A DNA stretch of 64,000 nt, from NCBI GenBank assembly GCA_965236125.1, contig CBDEAP010000007.1:2685-66684 (forward strand). The letters are read 5' to 3'. The DNA comes from Candidatus Pelagibacterales bacterium (GTDB lineage: Bacteria > Pseudomonadota > Alphaproteobacteria > Pelagibacterales > Pelagibacteraceae). Made by a program: the position numbers and the translations under genes. This document shows positions 32,218 to 41,046 of this stretch, in pieces; position 1 is the first letter of the stretch; every line of letters starts with the position of its first letter. The notes beneath the pieces are model-generated. The model was not told the origin of the DNA. It did no database searches and saw nothing but the letters and a program-made list of their open reading frames with translations.

Positions 32218-32993
32218 TGCTTATCTCGTCCTGGAATGTAAATTCTGTTAGGGCTCGTATTGAAAATATTAAAAGTTATCTTCTTAAATACAAGCCAGAT
32301 ATTTTAATGATGCAAGAAATCAAAACTGAAGATTTGAATTTTCCCTATGATGATTTTTCTTCAATGGATTATGAATCTCATGTTTTTGGTCAAAAAAGTT
32401 ATAATGGTGTTGCTATAATTTCAAAACACAAATTAACAAATATCAAAACTGATTTAATTAAAGATAAGTTAAAACAATCAAGAATAATTTCTGCTGAATT
32501 AACCTATCAAAAAAAAAATATACAATTGATAAATATATATACTCCCAATGGAAATCCTGTTGATACTGAAAAATATGATTATAAAAAAAATTGGCTAGAT
32601 GCTTTAATTAAACAATTAAAATCAATATTAAAAAAAAATCCGAATATAATACTTGCTGGAGATTTTAACATAATACCTGCGGCCGAAGATGTGTATAATG
32701 TAAAAAGTTTTGAAGATGATGCATTATATAGATTGGAAATCAGAAAAAAATTTAGAGAAATGTTAAATCTTGGTTTTAGTGATGTTTATCGACACTTTCA
32801 TGATGATAAAGAAGGCTATACTTTTTGGGATTATATGAGAGGCGCATGGCAAAAAAATAATGGTATGAGAATTGATCATTTTTTAGTATCAAATTCTATG
32901 ATTGATAAGGTTAAAAACATCAACATCAATAAAGATCCAAGAGGAAGGGAGAAACCCTCAGATCACACACCTATAGAAATTAACCTAGCTTAA
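32217..32993 (+). CDS. xth: Exodeoxyribonuclease III
   Basis: SWNVNS, QEIK, GDFN, RIDH, SDH; start moved to ATG 32217 (TAATG overlap with erpA stop). Confidence 0.95.
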   Translation: MLISSWNVNSVRARIENIKSYLLKYKPDILMMQEIKTEDLNFPYDDFSSMDYESHVFGQKSYNGVAIISKHKLTNIKTDLIKDKLKQSRIISAELTYQKKNIQLINIYTPNGNPVDTEKYDYKKNWLDALIKQLKSILKKNPNIILAGDFNIIPAAEDVYNVKSFEDDALYRLEIRKKFREMLNLGFSDVYRHFHDDKEGYTFWDYMRGAWQKNNGMRIDHFLVSNSMIDKVKNININKDPRGREKPSDHTPIEINLA

Positions 32994-33986
32994 AGATTTA
33001 ATTTTATTAACTAATTCCTCATTAATATGTCTTGGACCAGTATCCAGTCGATTTTTATGTCTTCTTTCCCCAGGTAGTCTAACACCATCAAATGACTTCA
33101 TTTTGTTAAAAAATTCTTCAGCATGTTTTTGCCAGTTTGTTCCTGCAGTTTTATCTGGAGATATAGCTAAAATAAATTCTCCTCCACTAGGTGGAGCTCC
33201 ATCGTTATTATCTTTTGCTGCAGTCTCATAACTAAAATTATCGCCAACAAGTGCTCCAGCTAAAAGCTCGACCATCATCGCAATTGCTGATCCTTTATAG
33301 CCACCAAAAGGAAGTAAAACACCTCCATCAGCTATTTCACCAGGATCTGTAGTTTCTTTGCCTTCTTTAGTTAAACCCGTACCAAGTGGAACTTTGTGCC
33401 CTTCTCTTTTTGCAACTTGAACTTCTCCCATTGCCATTGAAGCTGTCGCCATATCATATACAACTGGAGTTTTACCGGGTCTTGGCCAAGCAAATGAGAT
33501 TGGGTTTGTGCCAAATAATGGTTTAATAGCACCAGCGGGCGCCACTGCAGGTTTATAAGAAGTGCAAGCAAAAGCAACCAAACCTTCTTCTGCTAATTTT
33601 TCTGTTTCAGGCCACATCGCAGCCATATGATGAGAATTATTAATAGCTAAGACTGCTACGCCATTTTCTTTTGCAGCTTTAGATAATTCAGGTAAAGATT
33701 TAGATAGAACAACTGGTGCTAAACAATTATTTCCTAAAACTTTTATTACTGATGGTGAAATCTTTTTAATTACAGGTTTCCCTTTGCCATCAATTTTACC
33801 ATTTTTCAAACCTGTCACGTAAGCTGGCAATCTAAATAAGCCATGAGAAACAGATCCATCTCTTTCTGCATTTCTAATCAAATCTGATAATATGCTTGCT
33901 GACTCATCATCACAACCATTAGCTAAAAGAGTTTTTTTTGACAAATCATAAATTTCATCAAGTGTTAATGAGACAGTATTAGCCAT
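32985..33986 (-). CDS. Ldh_2 family (malate/L-lactate/sulfolactate/ureidoglycolate-type) NAD(P) oxidoreductase
   Basis: SHGLFRLP, NSHH, GTNPISFA, DMATA, GGYKGS, RLPGERR. Confidence 0.9.
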   Translation of the reverse strand: MANTVSLTLDEIYDLSKKTLLANGCDDESASILSDLIRNAERDGSVSHGLFRLPAYVTGLKNGKIDGKGKPVIKKISPSVIKVLGNNCLAPVVLSKSLPELSKAAKENGVAVLAINNSHHMAAMWPETEKLAEEGLVAFACTSYKPAVAPAGAIKPLFGTNPISFAWPRPGKTPVVYDMATASMAMGEVQVAKREGHKVPLGTGLTKEGKETTDPGEIADGGVLLPFGGYKGSAIAMMVELLAGALVGDNFSYETAAKDNNDGAPPSGGEFILAISPDKTAGTNWQKHAEEFFNKMKSFDGVRLPGERRHKNRLDTGPRHINEELVNKIKSLS

Positions 33987-34000
33987 AAATACAATAAATA

Positions 34001-34378
34001 TTATTTATGCTCTTCTTTCAAATCTTTTTTTAAATCGTCATGATCGCCAACAACAATATGATGCTTACTTTTAACAACATATTTATCTAATATAGGTATT
34101 AAAACTAAAGGTATTAAACCACCTAATACAATACCAATTGTTGCAGTTCTTAAACTTGGATCTAGTGTGGCAGCTATAAAATCAGCAATAACGTGGGCAA
34201 AAACAACGCCAATTATTCCTGCGACATATCCATTTGAGACTACTTTTAATAATCTATTAATACTCCAACCTGAGTAAAAGCCGATTAAAGGAATTATTGT
34301 GTGAACAAGGCCAAACACAAATCCTCTCAGCATGCCATGATCTTGTAACCATATAATATCTTCTAAAAAATGATCCAT
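34001..34378 (-). CDS. Uncharacterised 3-TM membrane protein with intramembrane His/Asp and His-rich termini
   Basis: 125-aa ORF 2 bp after the zur stop; FGLVHT, FAHVIAD, C-terminal HHIVVGDHDD. Confidence 0.8.
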   Translation of the reverse strand: MDHFLEDIIWLQDHGMLRGFVFGLVHTIIPLIGFYSGWSINRLLKVVSNGYVAGIIGVVFAHVIADFIAATLDPSLRTATIGIVLGGLIPLVLIPILDKYVVKSKHHIVVGDHDDLKKDLKEEHK

Positions 34379-34380
34379 GT

Positions 34381-34743
34381 TTAATTACAAGCCTTACAAA
34401 TAGCTGAAACTTCTAATTCATAATTTTTAAAGTCATATTTTTTAAAAATTTTTTTACTTAATATCTCTTCAAACAAATTTGAATTTAACTCTTCTGTTTC
34501 ACCACATTTTTTACAAATAGCAATGGATGGATTATGATTTTTGTGTGAATGATTGCACAACATATATTTTTTAGTTTGATTTGATTTGTGGATTTTATTT
34601 TCACTAATTAATTTATTCAAAGATCTATACACTGACATAGGTTGTATTTTCTTTATATTCTGAAATTTATTCAAAATTTCGTAGGCTGTTAAATGATGTT
34701 TAGATTTTTTTATTATTTCAAATACTATGTCGTTATTGTTCAT
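34381..34743 (-). CDS. zur: Fur-family metalloregulator, Zur-type
   Basis: LTAYEIL, PMSVYRSL, CNHSH..H, ICKKCG, C-terminal CKAC; start moved to ATG 34743. Confidence 0.8.
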   Translation of the reverse strand: MNNNDIVFEIIKKSKHHLTAYEILNKFQNIKKIQPMSVYRSLNKLISENKIHKSNQTKKYMLCNHSHKNHNPSIAICKKCGETEELNSNLFEEILSKKIFKKYDFKNYELEVSAICKACN

Positions 34744-34763
34744 TGTTATGTTATAACATAACA
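34744..34763. promoter_or_regulatory. Perfect 20-bp palindrome TGTTATGTTATAACATAACA: overlapping Zur-box-like operators and bidirectional extended -10 (TGtTATAAC)
   Basis: Self-complementary; holds two 15-mers, each one mismatch from TGTTATAnTATAACA; directly abuts the zur ATG. Confidence 0.8.
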
Positions 34764-34785
34764 TAATTATTAGTAAAGGAGAATT

Positions 34786-35007
34786 ATGCTCAAAATACAA
34801 AATTTAAAATGGTTAAGTACAATATTGGTTTTAATCGGAATTCTATTAACTAATATTAATGAATATCCTATTAATATATATTTTCATGGTTCAGGGGTAT
34901 TAGGTTGGACTATTTGTGGTTATTTATCAAAAGATAAAGCGATAATGACTAACTTTGGCTTACAAGTGCCATTATTCATCTTTGGATTTTATAAACTATT
35001 AATTTAA
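34786..35007 (+). CDS. Small 3-TM membrane protein (DUF6552-like)
   Basis: RBS AAAGGAGA; LKW.ST...YP.NI...GW..G...KDKA pattern; stop overlaps the phoB stop. Confidence 0.75.
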   Translation: MLKIQNLKWLSTILVLIGILLTNINEYPINIYFHGSGVLGWTICGYLSKDKAIMTNFGLQVPLFIFGFYKLLI

Positions 35008-35684
35008 ATGAGTGAATAACCTGCAGACCTTACAGTCCTGATTAACTCTTTACAGTTTGGAAGGTTAATTGATTTTCTAAGTCTTCTTATGTGAACATCA
35101 ATAGTTCTAGTTTCGACATTAATATTATTTGGCCAAACATTTTCTAATATTTGATCTCTAGTAAAAACACGCTTTGGATTAGTCAAAAAAAACTCAATCA
35201 AACGATATTCAGTTGGGCCTAAAGTTATTTCAGTTTTTTTTCTGTATACACGTTTTTCTAATCGATCTAATTTAAGGTCTTCAAACTCCAAAATATTAGA
35301 AATAGTATTTGGTTTTGATCTTCTTAATAATGCTTTTATTCTTGAAAATAATTCTTTGAAACTAAATGGTTTTGTCATGTAGTCATCTACGCCACTATCA
35401 AGACCTTTAATTTTATCTTCCTCGTCACCCCTAGCAGTAAGCATGATAATTGGGATTTTGCTTAATTTTTCATTTTTTTTAATAAGTTTACAGATTTCAA
35501 TTCCTGATAAATCAGGCAACATCCAATCTAAAAGTAAAATATCAGGATCAAAATTTTTAAGAGATTTAAAACCTTCATTACCGTTGTCGGAAAAACCTAC
35601 AATGAAGCCCTCTTTTTCTAAATTATACTTTAGTAATTTTACTATTGAAGGTTCATCTTCAATAATAAATATTTTAGCGTTCAT
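35004..35684 (-). CDS. phoB: Phosphate regulon response regulator PhoB
   Basis: LLDWMLP, LGPTEYRL, RTIDVHIRRLRK, RTVRSAGY; follows phoU. Confidence 0.93.
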   Translation of the reverse strand: MNAKIFIIEDEPSIVKLLKYNLEKEGFIVGFSDNGNEGFKSLKNFDPDILLLDWMLPDLSGIEICKLIKKNEKLSKIPIIMLTARGDEEDKIKGLDSGVDDYMTKPFSFKELFSRIKALLRRSKPNTISNILEFEDLKLDRLEKRVYRKKTEITLGPTEYRLIEFFLTNPKRVFTRDQILENVWPNNINVETRTIDVHIRRLRKSINLPNCKELIRTVRSAGYSLI

Positions 35685-35688
35685 TAAA

Positions 35689-36381
35689 TTAAACTACAGT
35701 TTCTTTACCTTTTGGTCTGTGACCCTTTAAGTATTCACCCTTAATTAGATAGCAAGTAGACTCAGCTATATTTGTGATGTGATCCCCAGCTCTCTCAAGA
35801 TTTTTTGTAGCGAAAATTAAGTGAGTTGAAAAATCTAGATTTTTTTTGTCTTTAGATAAAAATGCTATAACACTATTCATAGCCAAATAGGTTAGATCAT
35901 CTACTTGCTCATCTTTAACCCAAACTTCTTTAGCTTTGTCATAATCTCTATTAATATAACTATTAATTACATCTGTTAATTGTTTAACAACTAAATCACC
36001 TAATCTTTTTAAATTTCCTAATAATTCTTCTGGTAAGTCAAGCGGTAGTGGTTTTACTTTTTTTGCATTACTTTTTGCAAGATCGCCTATTCTTTCTAGA
36101 TCTTGGGAAATTTTAAGTGCTGCAATAGTAGTTCTAAGATCAATTGCCATTGGTGCTCTTTTAACTAGCAATGTCATTATTTGAGTATCAATTTTTGATC
36201 TAAATTTGTTAATTTGTTCATCATTTTTAATAATCTTATCAATAGAGTCCTTATCAACTTTAATTACAGCATCCATTGAGTCGTATAATTGAGACTCAGT
36301 TAAACTACCCATCTTAATTACCGAGTCATTTAGATACTGTAATTCTTCTTCATATGATTTTACTATATGTTCTTCACTCAT
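35689..36381 (-). CDS. phoU: Phosphate signalling protein PhoU
   Basis: PMAIDLR, DLERIGD, NLERAGDH.TNIAE. Confidence 0.95.
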   Translation of the reverse strand: MSEEHIVKSYEEELQYLNDSVIKMGSLTESQLYDSMDAVIKVDKDSIDKIIKNDEQINKFRSKIDTQIMTLLVKRAPMAIDLRTTIAALKISQDLERIGDLAKSNAKKVKPLPLDLPEELLGNLKRLGDLVVKQLTDVINSYINRDYDKAKEVWVKDEQVDDLTYLAMNSVIAFLSKDKKNLDFSTHLIFATKNLERAGDHITNIAESTCYLIKGEYLKGHRPKGKETVV

Positions 36382-36384
36382 AAT

Positions 36385-37146
36385 TTATCCAAACCTACCA
36401 GTAATATAATCTTGTGTCATTTTGTTGTCAGGATTTTTAAAAATTTTCTCAGTTTTACCAACCTCTATTAATTTTCCAAGATGAAAAAAACCTGTTTTTT
36501 GGGAAACTCTTACCGCTTGAGCCATTGAGTGAGTAACTATTACAATTGTATATGTTGTTTTTAATTCATCAATTAGTTCTTCAATTTTTGCTGTTGCAAT
36601 TGGGTCTAAGGCAGAACAAGGCTCATCCATTAGTATAACTTCAGGATTAACTGAAATAGCTCTTGCAATACATAGTCTTTGTTGTTGTCCACCAGACAAA
36701 CTAGTTCCAGGTTCATTTAATCTATCCTTAACTTCGTTCCATAGTGCAGCTTTTTTAAGACTGTTTTCTACAATCTCATCTAATTCATCTTTAGTTTCCC
36801 CTTTGCCATGAATTTTAGGGCCATATGAGATATTATCATAAATACTTTTTGGGAATGGATTAGGTTTTTGGAATACCATTCCAACTTTTTCTCTTAATTC
36901 GACTACATCGATAGATTTATCATTAATATCAAAGCCATCCATTTCAATAGAACCTTCAATTTTACAAATATCAATGACATCATTCATTCTGTTGATACAT
37001 CTAATAAATGTTGATTTTCCGCATCCAGAGGGTCCAATTAAAGCAGTAACTTCTTTTTCATTAAGCTCTAGATTAACATTAAACAAAGCTTGTTTATCTC
37101 CATAGAAGACATCTAAATTTTTTGCTCTAATCTTAACTTTCTTCAT
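36385..37146 (-). CDS. pstB: Phosphate ABC transporter ATPase
   Basis: [39 protein letters not shown]. Confidence 0.97.
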   Translation of the reverse strand: MKKVKIRAKNLDVFYGDKQALFNVNLELNEKEVTALIGPSGCGKSTFIRCINRMNDVIDICKIEGSIEMDGFDINDKSIDVVELREKVGMVFQKPNPFPKSIYDNISYGPKIHGKGETKDELDEIVENSLKKAALWNEVKDRLNEPGTSLSGGQQQRLCIARAISVNPEVILMDEPCSALDPIATAKIEELIDELKTTYTIVIVTHSMAQAVRVSQKTGFFHLGKLIEVGKTEKIFKNPDNKMTQDYITGRFG

Positions 37147-38409
37147 TTAATTCCACCTTTTTTCAAATTTTTGTCTCAAATAAACAGCTATGAAATTCAT
37201 CATAATTAAAAAACTTAATAATATCATTATAGTAGCAGAAGTTTTTTCTACAAACCCTCTTTCAGCTGACTCAGACCATAAATATACCTGTACTGGCAGA
37301 GATGCTGATGGATCAATTGGAGTTGATGGAATATCAACAACAAAAGCGACCATACCAATTAAAATTAATGGTGCAGTTTCACCTAGAGCTTGGGCAAGGC
37401 CAATAATAGTACCTGACAATGTTCCAGGCAGTGCTAGTGGAACCACATGATGAAATACAGATTGAAATTTAGATGCACCAACAGCAAGAGCCCCTTCTCT
37501 AATGGATGGAGGTACAGCTTTAAGTGAAGCTCTGCATGGAATGATTATTCTTGGCAATGTCATTAATGCTAAAGTAATTCCGGCAACCAATGGTGTTGAT
37601 CTTGGCAGATGAAGTGTTGCTAACAAAACTTGTAAAGCTAATAAACCATAAACTATTGATGGTACGGCCGCTAAATTATTAATATTTATTTCTATAAAAT
37701 CAGTAATTTTATTTTTTGGGGCAAATTCTTCTAAATATATAGAAGCCAATACCGCTATTGGAAATGCTATTAATAAGCAAATTATTATACTATAAAAAGA
37801 ACCAACTAAAGCTCCACCTATACCAGCAAGCTCAGGATCTCTTGAGTCACCATTAGTAAAAAAATAATTATTAAAATTTTTATTGATTACTTCATTTTCA
37901 ACAAAATAATCATATATAAATAGTTGATTGTCTGTAATCGATCTTCTGTCTTCGGGTAAATCTCTGGGATAATTACCTTTGTGAAGTTGGTCGATATCAT
38001 CAGATGCAGTAATTTCTAAAGTAATAGTCTTATCAATCAATTGATTGTTTTTAAGGAATGCATTTTTAATTTCATATTCTGCATCTGAACTAAATAATTT
38101 TAATAATTCATCTTCTTCATCTCTATTCTTAGATGGGTATGTTTTAAGCAAATTCTCTATAGTTAAATCATAAAAATCAGCATCATAAATTTCTTTTAGG
38201 GTAGCACCGTTATTTAATTCAATTAATTCACTATCATAAAACACATCAACTTTGATAACGGTTTTTTGAAATGCGCTACTACCTTTTGAAAAAATATTTT
38301 GTATTAATATTAAAACAAAAATAATAGCAATAGTGACTGATGCAATGCCATAAAATTTAAATCTTTTTTCAGCTCTATGTCTTTGTTTTAATCTCTCAGA
38401 TTTATTCAT
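37147..38409 (-). CDS. pstA: Phosphate ABC transporter permease PstA
   Basis: NLAAVPSIVYG, ALGETAPL; alphaproteobacterial N-terminal extension. Confidence 0.95.
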   Translation of the reverse strand: MNKSERLKQRHRAEKRFKFYGIASVTIAIIFVLILIQNIFSKGSSAFQKTVIKVDVFYDSELIELNNGATLKEIYDADFYDLTIENLLKTYPSKNRDEEDELLKLFSSDAEYEIKNAFLKNNQLIDKTITLEITASDDIDQLHKGNYPRDLPEDRRSITDNQLFIYDYFVENEVINKNFNNYFFTNGDSRDPELAGIGGALVGSFYSIIICLLIAFPIAVLASIYLEEFAPKNKITDFIEININNLAAVPSIVYGLLALQVLLATLHLPRSTPLVAGITLALMTLPRIIIPCRASLKAVPPSIREGALAVGASKFQSVFHHVVPLALPGTLSGTIIGLAQALGETAPLILIGMVAFVVDIPSTPIDPSASLPVQVYLWSESAERGFVEKTSATIMILLSFLIMMNFIAVYLRQKFEKRWN

Positions 38410-39805
38410 ATTTTTCTCTATATTTTTTAACTACTCTAAGTGCGATATAATTTAAGATTAATGTTGCAATAAACAAAGTTAATCCAAGCGCAAATGCTGA
38501 TTGTGTTTTGGGGCTATTAAATTCTTGGTCACCAACTAAAATCATTACAATTTGAGTAGTAATTGTAGTGGTTGAGTCTAATGGGTTTATTGTTAAATTT
38601 GCAGCAAGGCCAGCTGCCATAACAACTATCATTGTTTCACCAATGGCTCTAGAAACTGCCAAAAGAATAGAGCCAATTATACCAGGAAGAGCTGCTGGGA
38701 TTACAACTTTTTTTATTGTTTCTGATTGGGTGGCTCCAATTGCATATGAACCATCTCTTAACGATTGTGGAACGGAATTTATAACATCATCAGATAAAGA
38801 TGAAATATATGGAATAATCATTATACCCATAATTAAACCTGCAGCTAATGCACTTTCTGATGATACTGTAAGTCCTAAACTTTCTCCAAATTCTCTAAAA
38901 AAAGGTCCAACAGTTAATGCAGCAAAAAAACCATAAACAACTGTTGGTATTCCAGCTAAAATTTCAATAACTGGTTTTGAAAACTTTCTAACTTTTATTG
39001 AAGCATACTCAGCCATATAAATTCCTGAGAATAATCCAATTGGCACAGCAACTAACATTGCTATTAAGGCAATAAAAGCAGTTCCAGCAATTAATGGGAT
39101 AAAACCAAATGCATCTTTTAATTCTTCATATTCAGCCACAGTTATTGTGGTTGCATCTCTTACAAAAGCTCTTTGAGGGCTCCAATTTGTACCAAATAAA
39201 TAATCAAAGACATTTATAACTGAAAAAAATTTTATACTCTCAAACAATAATGAAAAAATTATTCCAATAGTTGTTAAAATTGCAATCAATGACGAAGTAA
39301 ATAATAAACCCTTTAAGATAAACTCAACATCGTCACGAGCTTTGTTGTTATTTTTAATCTTTTTTAATGAATAAATGATAGAGGCTATTATTAAAGTAAA
39401 AACTAAAACAATTTTAGAATTAGTAAATAAATTTAAAAACTTAGCATAAGATACTGCAGATTCTTTAAGTACAAAATCTATATCTCCAAAAAAATTACCA
39501 GAATAAATAGATTTAACTTTTTCGTAAAGAAGGTTGGCAGCATTATCGTCTAAAATGTTTGCACCTTGATTTTCAGCAAATTTTAAAATTATAGATTTAA
39601 TTATTACTGGTTCAAATATAGTCCAAACTCCCAAAAACACTAATGATGGTATAGAGCACCACAAAACAAGATAGTAACCATAAAATTTTGGAAGGGCTTT
39701 TAATTTAACACTTTTTTCTATTGACCAGATTTTTGATTTTGATCTACCATAGAAAAATAGAGTAATTGAGAAAACTGTAATTAGTAGAATTAAAATAGAA
39801 TTCAT
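38402..39805 (-). CDS. pstC: Phosphate ABC transporter permease PstC
   Basis: EILAGIPTVVYG, SRAIGETMIV. Confidence 0.95.
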   Translation of the reverse strand: MNSILILLITVFSITLFFYGRSKSKIWSIEKSVKLKALPKFYGYYLVLWCSIPSLVFLGVWTIFEPVIIKSIILKFAENQGANILDDNAANLLYEKVKSIYSGNFFGDIDFVLKESAVSYAKFLNLFTNSKIVLVFTLIIASIIYSLKKIKNNNKARDDVEFILKGLLFTSSLIAILTTIGIIFSLLFESIKFFSVINVFDYLFGTNWSPQRAFVRDATTITVAEYEELKDAFGFIPLIAGTAFIALIAMLVAVPIGLFSGIYMAEYASIKVRKFSKPVIEILAGIPTVVYGFFAALTVGPFFREFGESLGLTVSSESALAAGLIMGIMIIPYISSLSDDVINSVPQSLRDGSYAIGATQSETIKKVVIPAALPGIIGSILLAVSRAIGETMIVVMAAGLAANLTINPLDSTTTITTQIVMILVGDQEFNSPKTQSAFALGLTLFIATLILNYIALRVVKKYREKYE

Positions 39806-39816
39806 TTGGAGAGATA

Positions 39817-39848
39817 ATTACAGATTTTATGTTACAGTTTTGTTAAAA
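39817..39848 (-). promoter_or_regulatory. Pho-box-like repeats upstream of pstC
   Basis: Minus strand reads TTTTAAC-AAAA-CTGTAAC-ATAAAAT-CTGTAAT. Confidence 0.55.
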
Positions 39849-39864
39849 TTAAAACTGTAGATAG

Positions 39865-39895
39865 AAAAAAAAAGGCCAGATTTTACTGGCCTTTT
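39865..39895 (-). terminator. Intrinsic terminator after pstS
   Basis: AAAAGGCCAG / 6-nt loop / CTGGCCTTTT, followed by a U-tract on the minus strand. Confidence 0.85.
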
Positions 39896-39913
39896 ATTAA
39901 TATTTAGATTTAG

Positions 39914-40939
39914 TTAATTAAGAGTGATTGTGTTTAAGTCTACAGCAGCTGTTCTGGTCGTCTTATATTTTTCAGAAGCTAAAGGTACTAAACCAATGTC
40001 AGCTAAATAACCTCTAGAACCCATAGCTTTTTTTGATGTAAACTCTTTTAAAAACTCTTGAATTCCTGGGATTACACCAATGTGAGCTTTTTTAACGTAA
40101 AAGAAAAGAGGTCTTGCCACAGGATATGAATAATCTTGAATACCTTCTAAAGAAGGTTTTACACCTTCTATTGATGCAGCTTTAACTTTATCTTTATTGC
40201 TAATTAAATAACTATAACCAAAAAAACCAAATGCATTTGGATTTGAAGATAATTTTTGAACTATTAAAGTATCATTTTCACCAGCTTCAACTGCATAGCC
40301 ATCTTCTCTAATTTTTTCACACTCATCTGACTTTTTGCCAGCTTCTTTGAATAAAGATTTTGCTGCATTTGTACATCCTTCAGACATTACTAAAGAATTC
40401 CATGCATCTCTTGTACCAGAAGTTGGTGGCGCAATTAGAACCTCGATTTTAGTATTTGGTAAAGAAGAGTCTATATCGCTCCAATTTTTATATGGGTTAT
40501 CAACTAACTCCCCATTTACATCAACTTGCATTGCTAAAGCTCTCCAAAGTTGTTCTTTTGTAAAGTTAACATCAGGTGAGTTTACAGAGTGCGCAAAAGA
40601 AATACCGTCATTTCCTACAACTATTTCAATAATATCGGTTACACCATTTTTAGCGCAAAGTTCTTTTTCTGAAGATTTGATTGCTCTTGATGCATTTGTG
40701 ATATCTGGATGATTTGTTCCAACGCCAGCACAAAATAACTTCATTCCACCACCAGTACCGGTACTTTCGATAACAGGCGTTTTAAAGCCGCCTTGTTTAC
40801 CAAACTTTTCAGCAACAACTGTTGCGTAAGGGTAAACTGTAGATGAACCTACAATTTTAATTTGATCTCTTGCAAATGAATTTGAATTAAACCCAGCAAT
40901 GATCAATAACGTAAATAATATATTTATAATTTTCTTCAT
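39914..40939 (-). CDS. pstS: Phosphate ABC transporter substrate-binding protein
   Basis: Signal peptide; GSSTVYP, STGTGGG, ASR, SGTRD, YPVARPLF. Confidence 0.95.
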   Translation of the reverse strand: MKKIINILFTLLIIAGFNSNSFARDQIKIVGSSTVYPYATVVAEKFGKQGGFKTPVIESTGTGGGMKLFCAGVGTNHPDITNASRAIKSSEKELCAKNGVTDIIEIVVGNDGISFAHSVNSPDVNFTKEQLWRALAMQVDVNGELVDNPYKNWSDIDSSLPNTKIEVLIAPPTSGTRDAWNSLVMSEGCTNAAKSLFKEAGKKSDECEKIREDGYAVEAGENDTLIVQKLSSNPNAFGFFGYSYLISNKDKVKAASIEGVKPSLEGIQDYSYPVARPLFFYVKKAHIGVIPGIQEFLKEFTSKKAMGSRGYLADIGLVPLASEKYKTTRTAAVDLNTITLN

Positions 40940-40993
40940 TGTTTTCCTTTTAGTTTATTAACATGCTGTATAAATAATGATTAAAGCTAAAAA

Positions 40994-41026
40994 ATTTATT
41001 ACAGAAATATGAAACTTTTGTTACAA
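40994..41026 (-). promoter_or_regulatory. Pho box (three 11-bp direct repeats) upstream of pstS
   Basis: Minus strand reads TTGTAACAAAA-GTTTCATATTT-CTGTAATAAAT, matching the CTGTCAT-N4 repeat consensus. Confidence 0.75.
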
Positions 41027-41046
41027 ACGCTAAACTTTTAGTTGAA

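Noticed and set aside
34744-34800. 19-aa N-terminal extension of Zur in the ORF track (start 34800)
   Set aside because: It would run through the operator and overlap the divergent gene; the Fur fold begins at ATG 34743.
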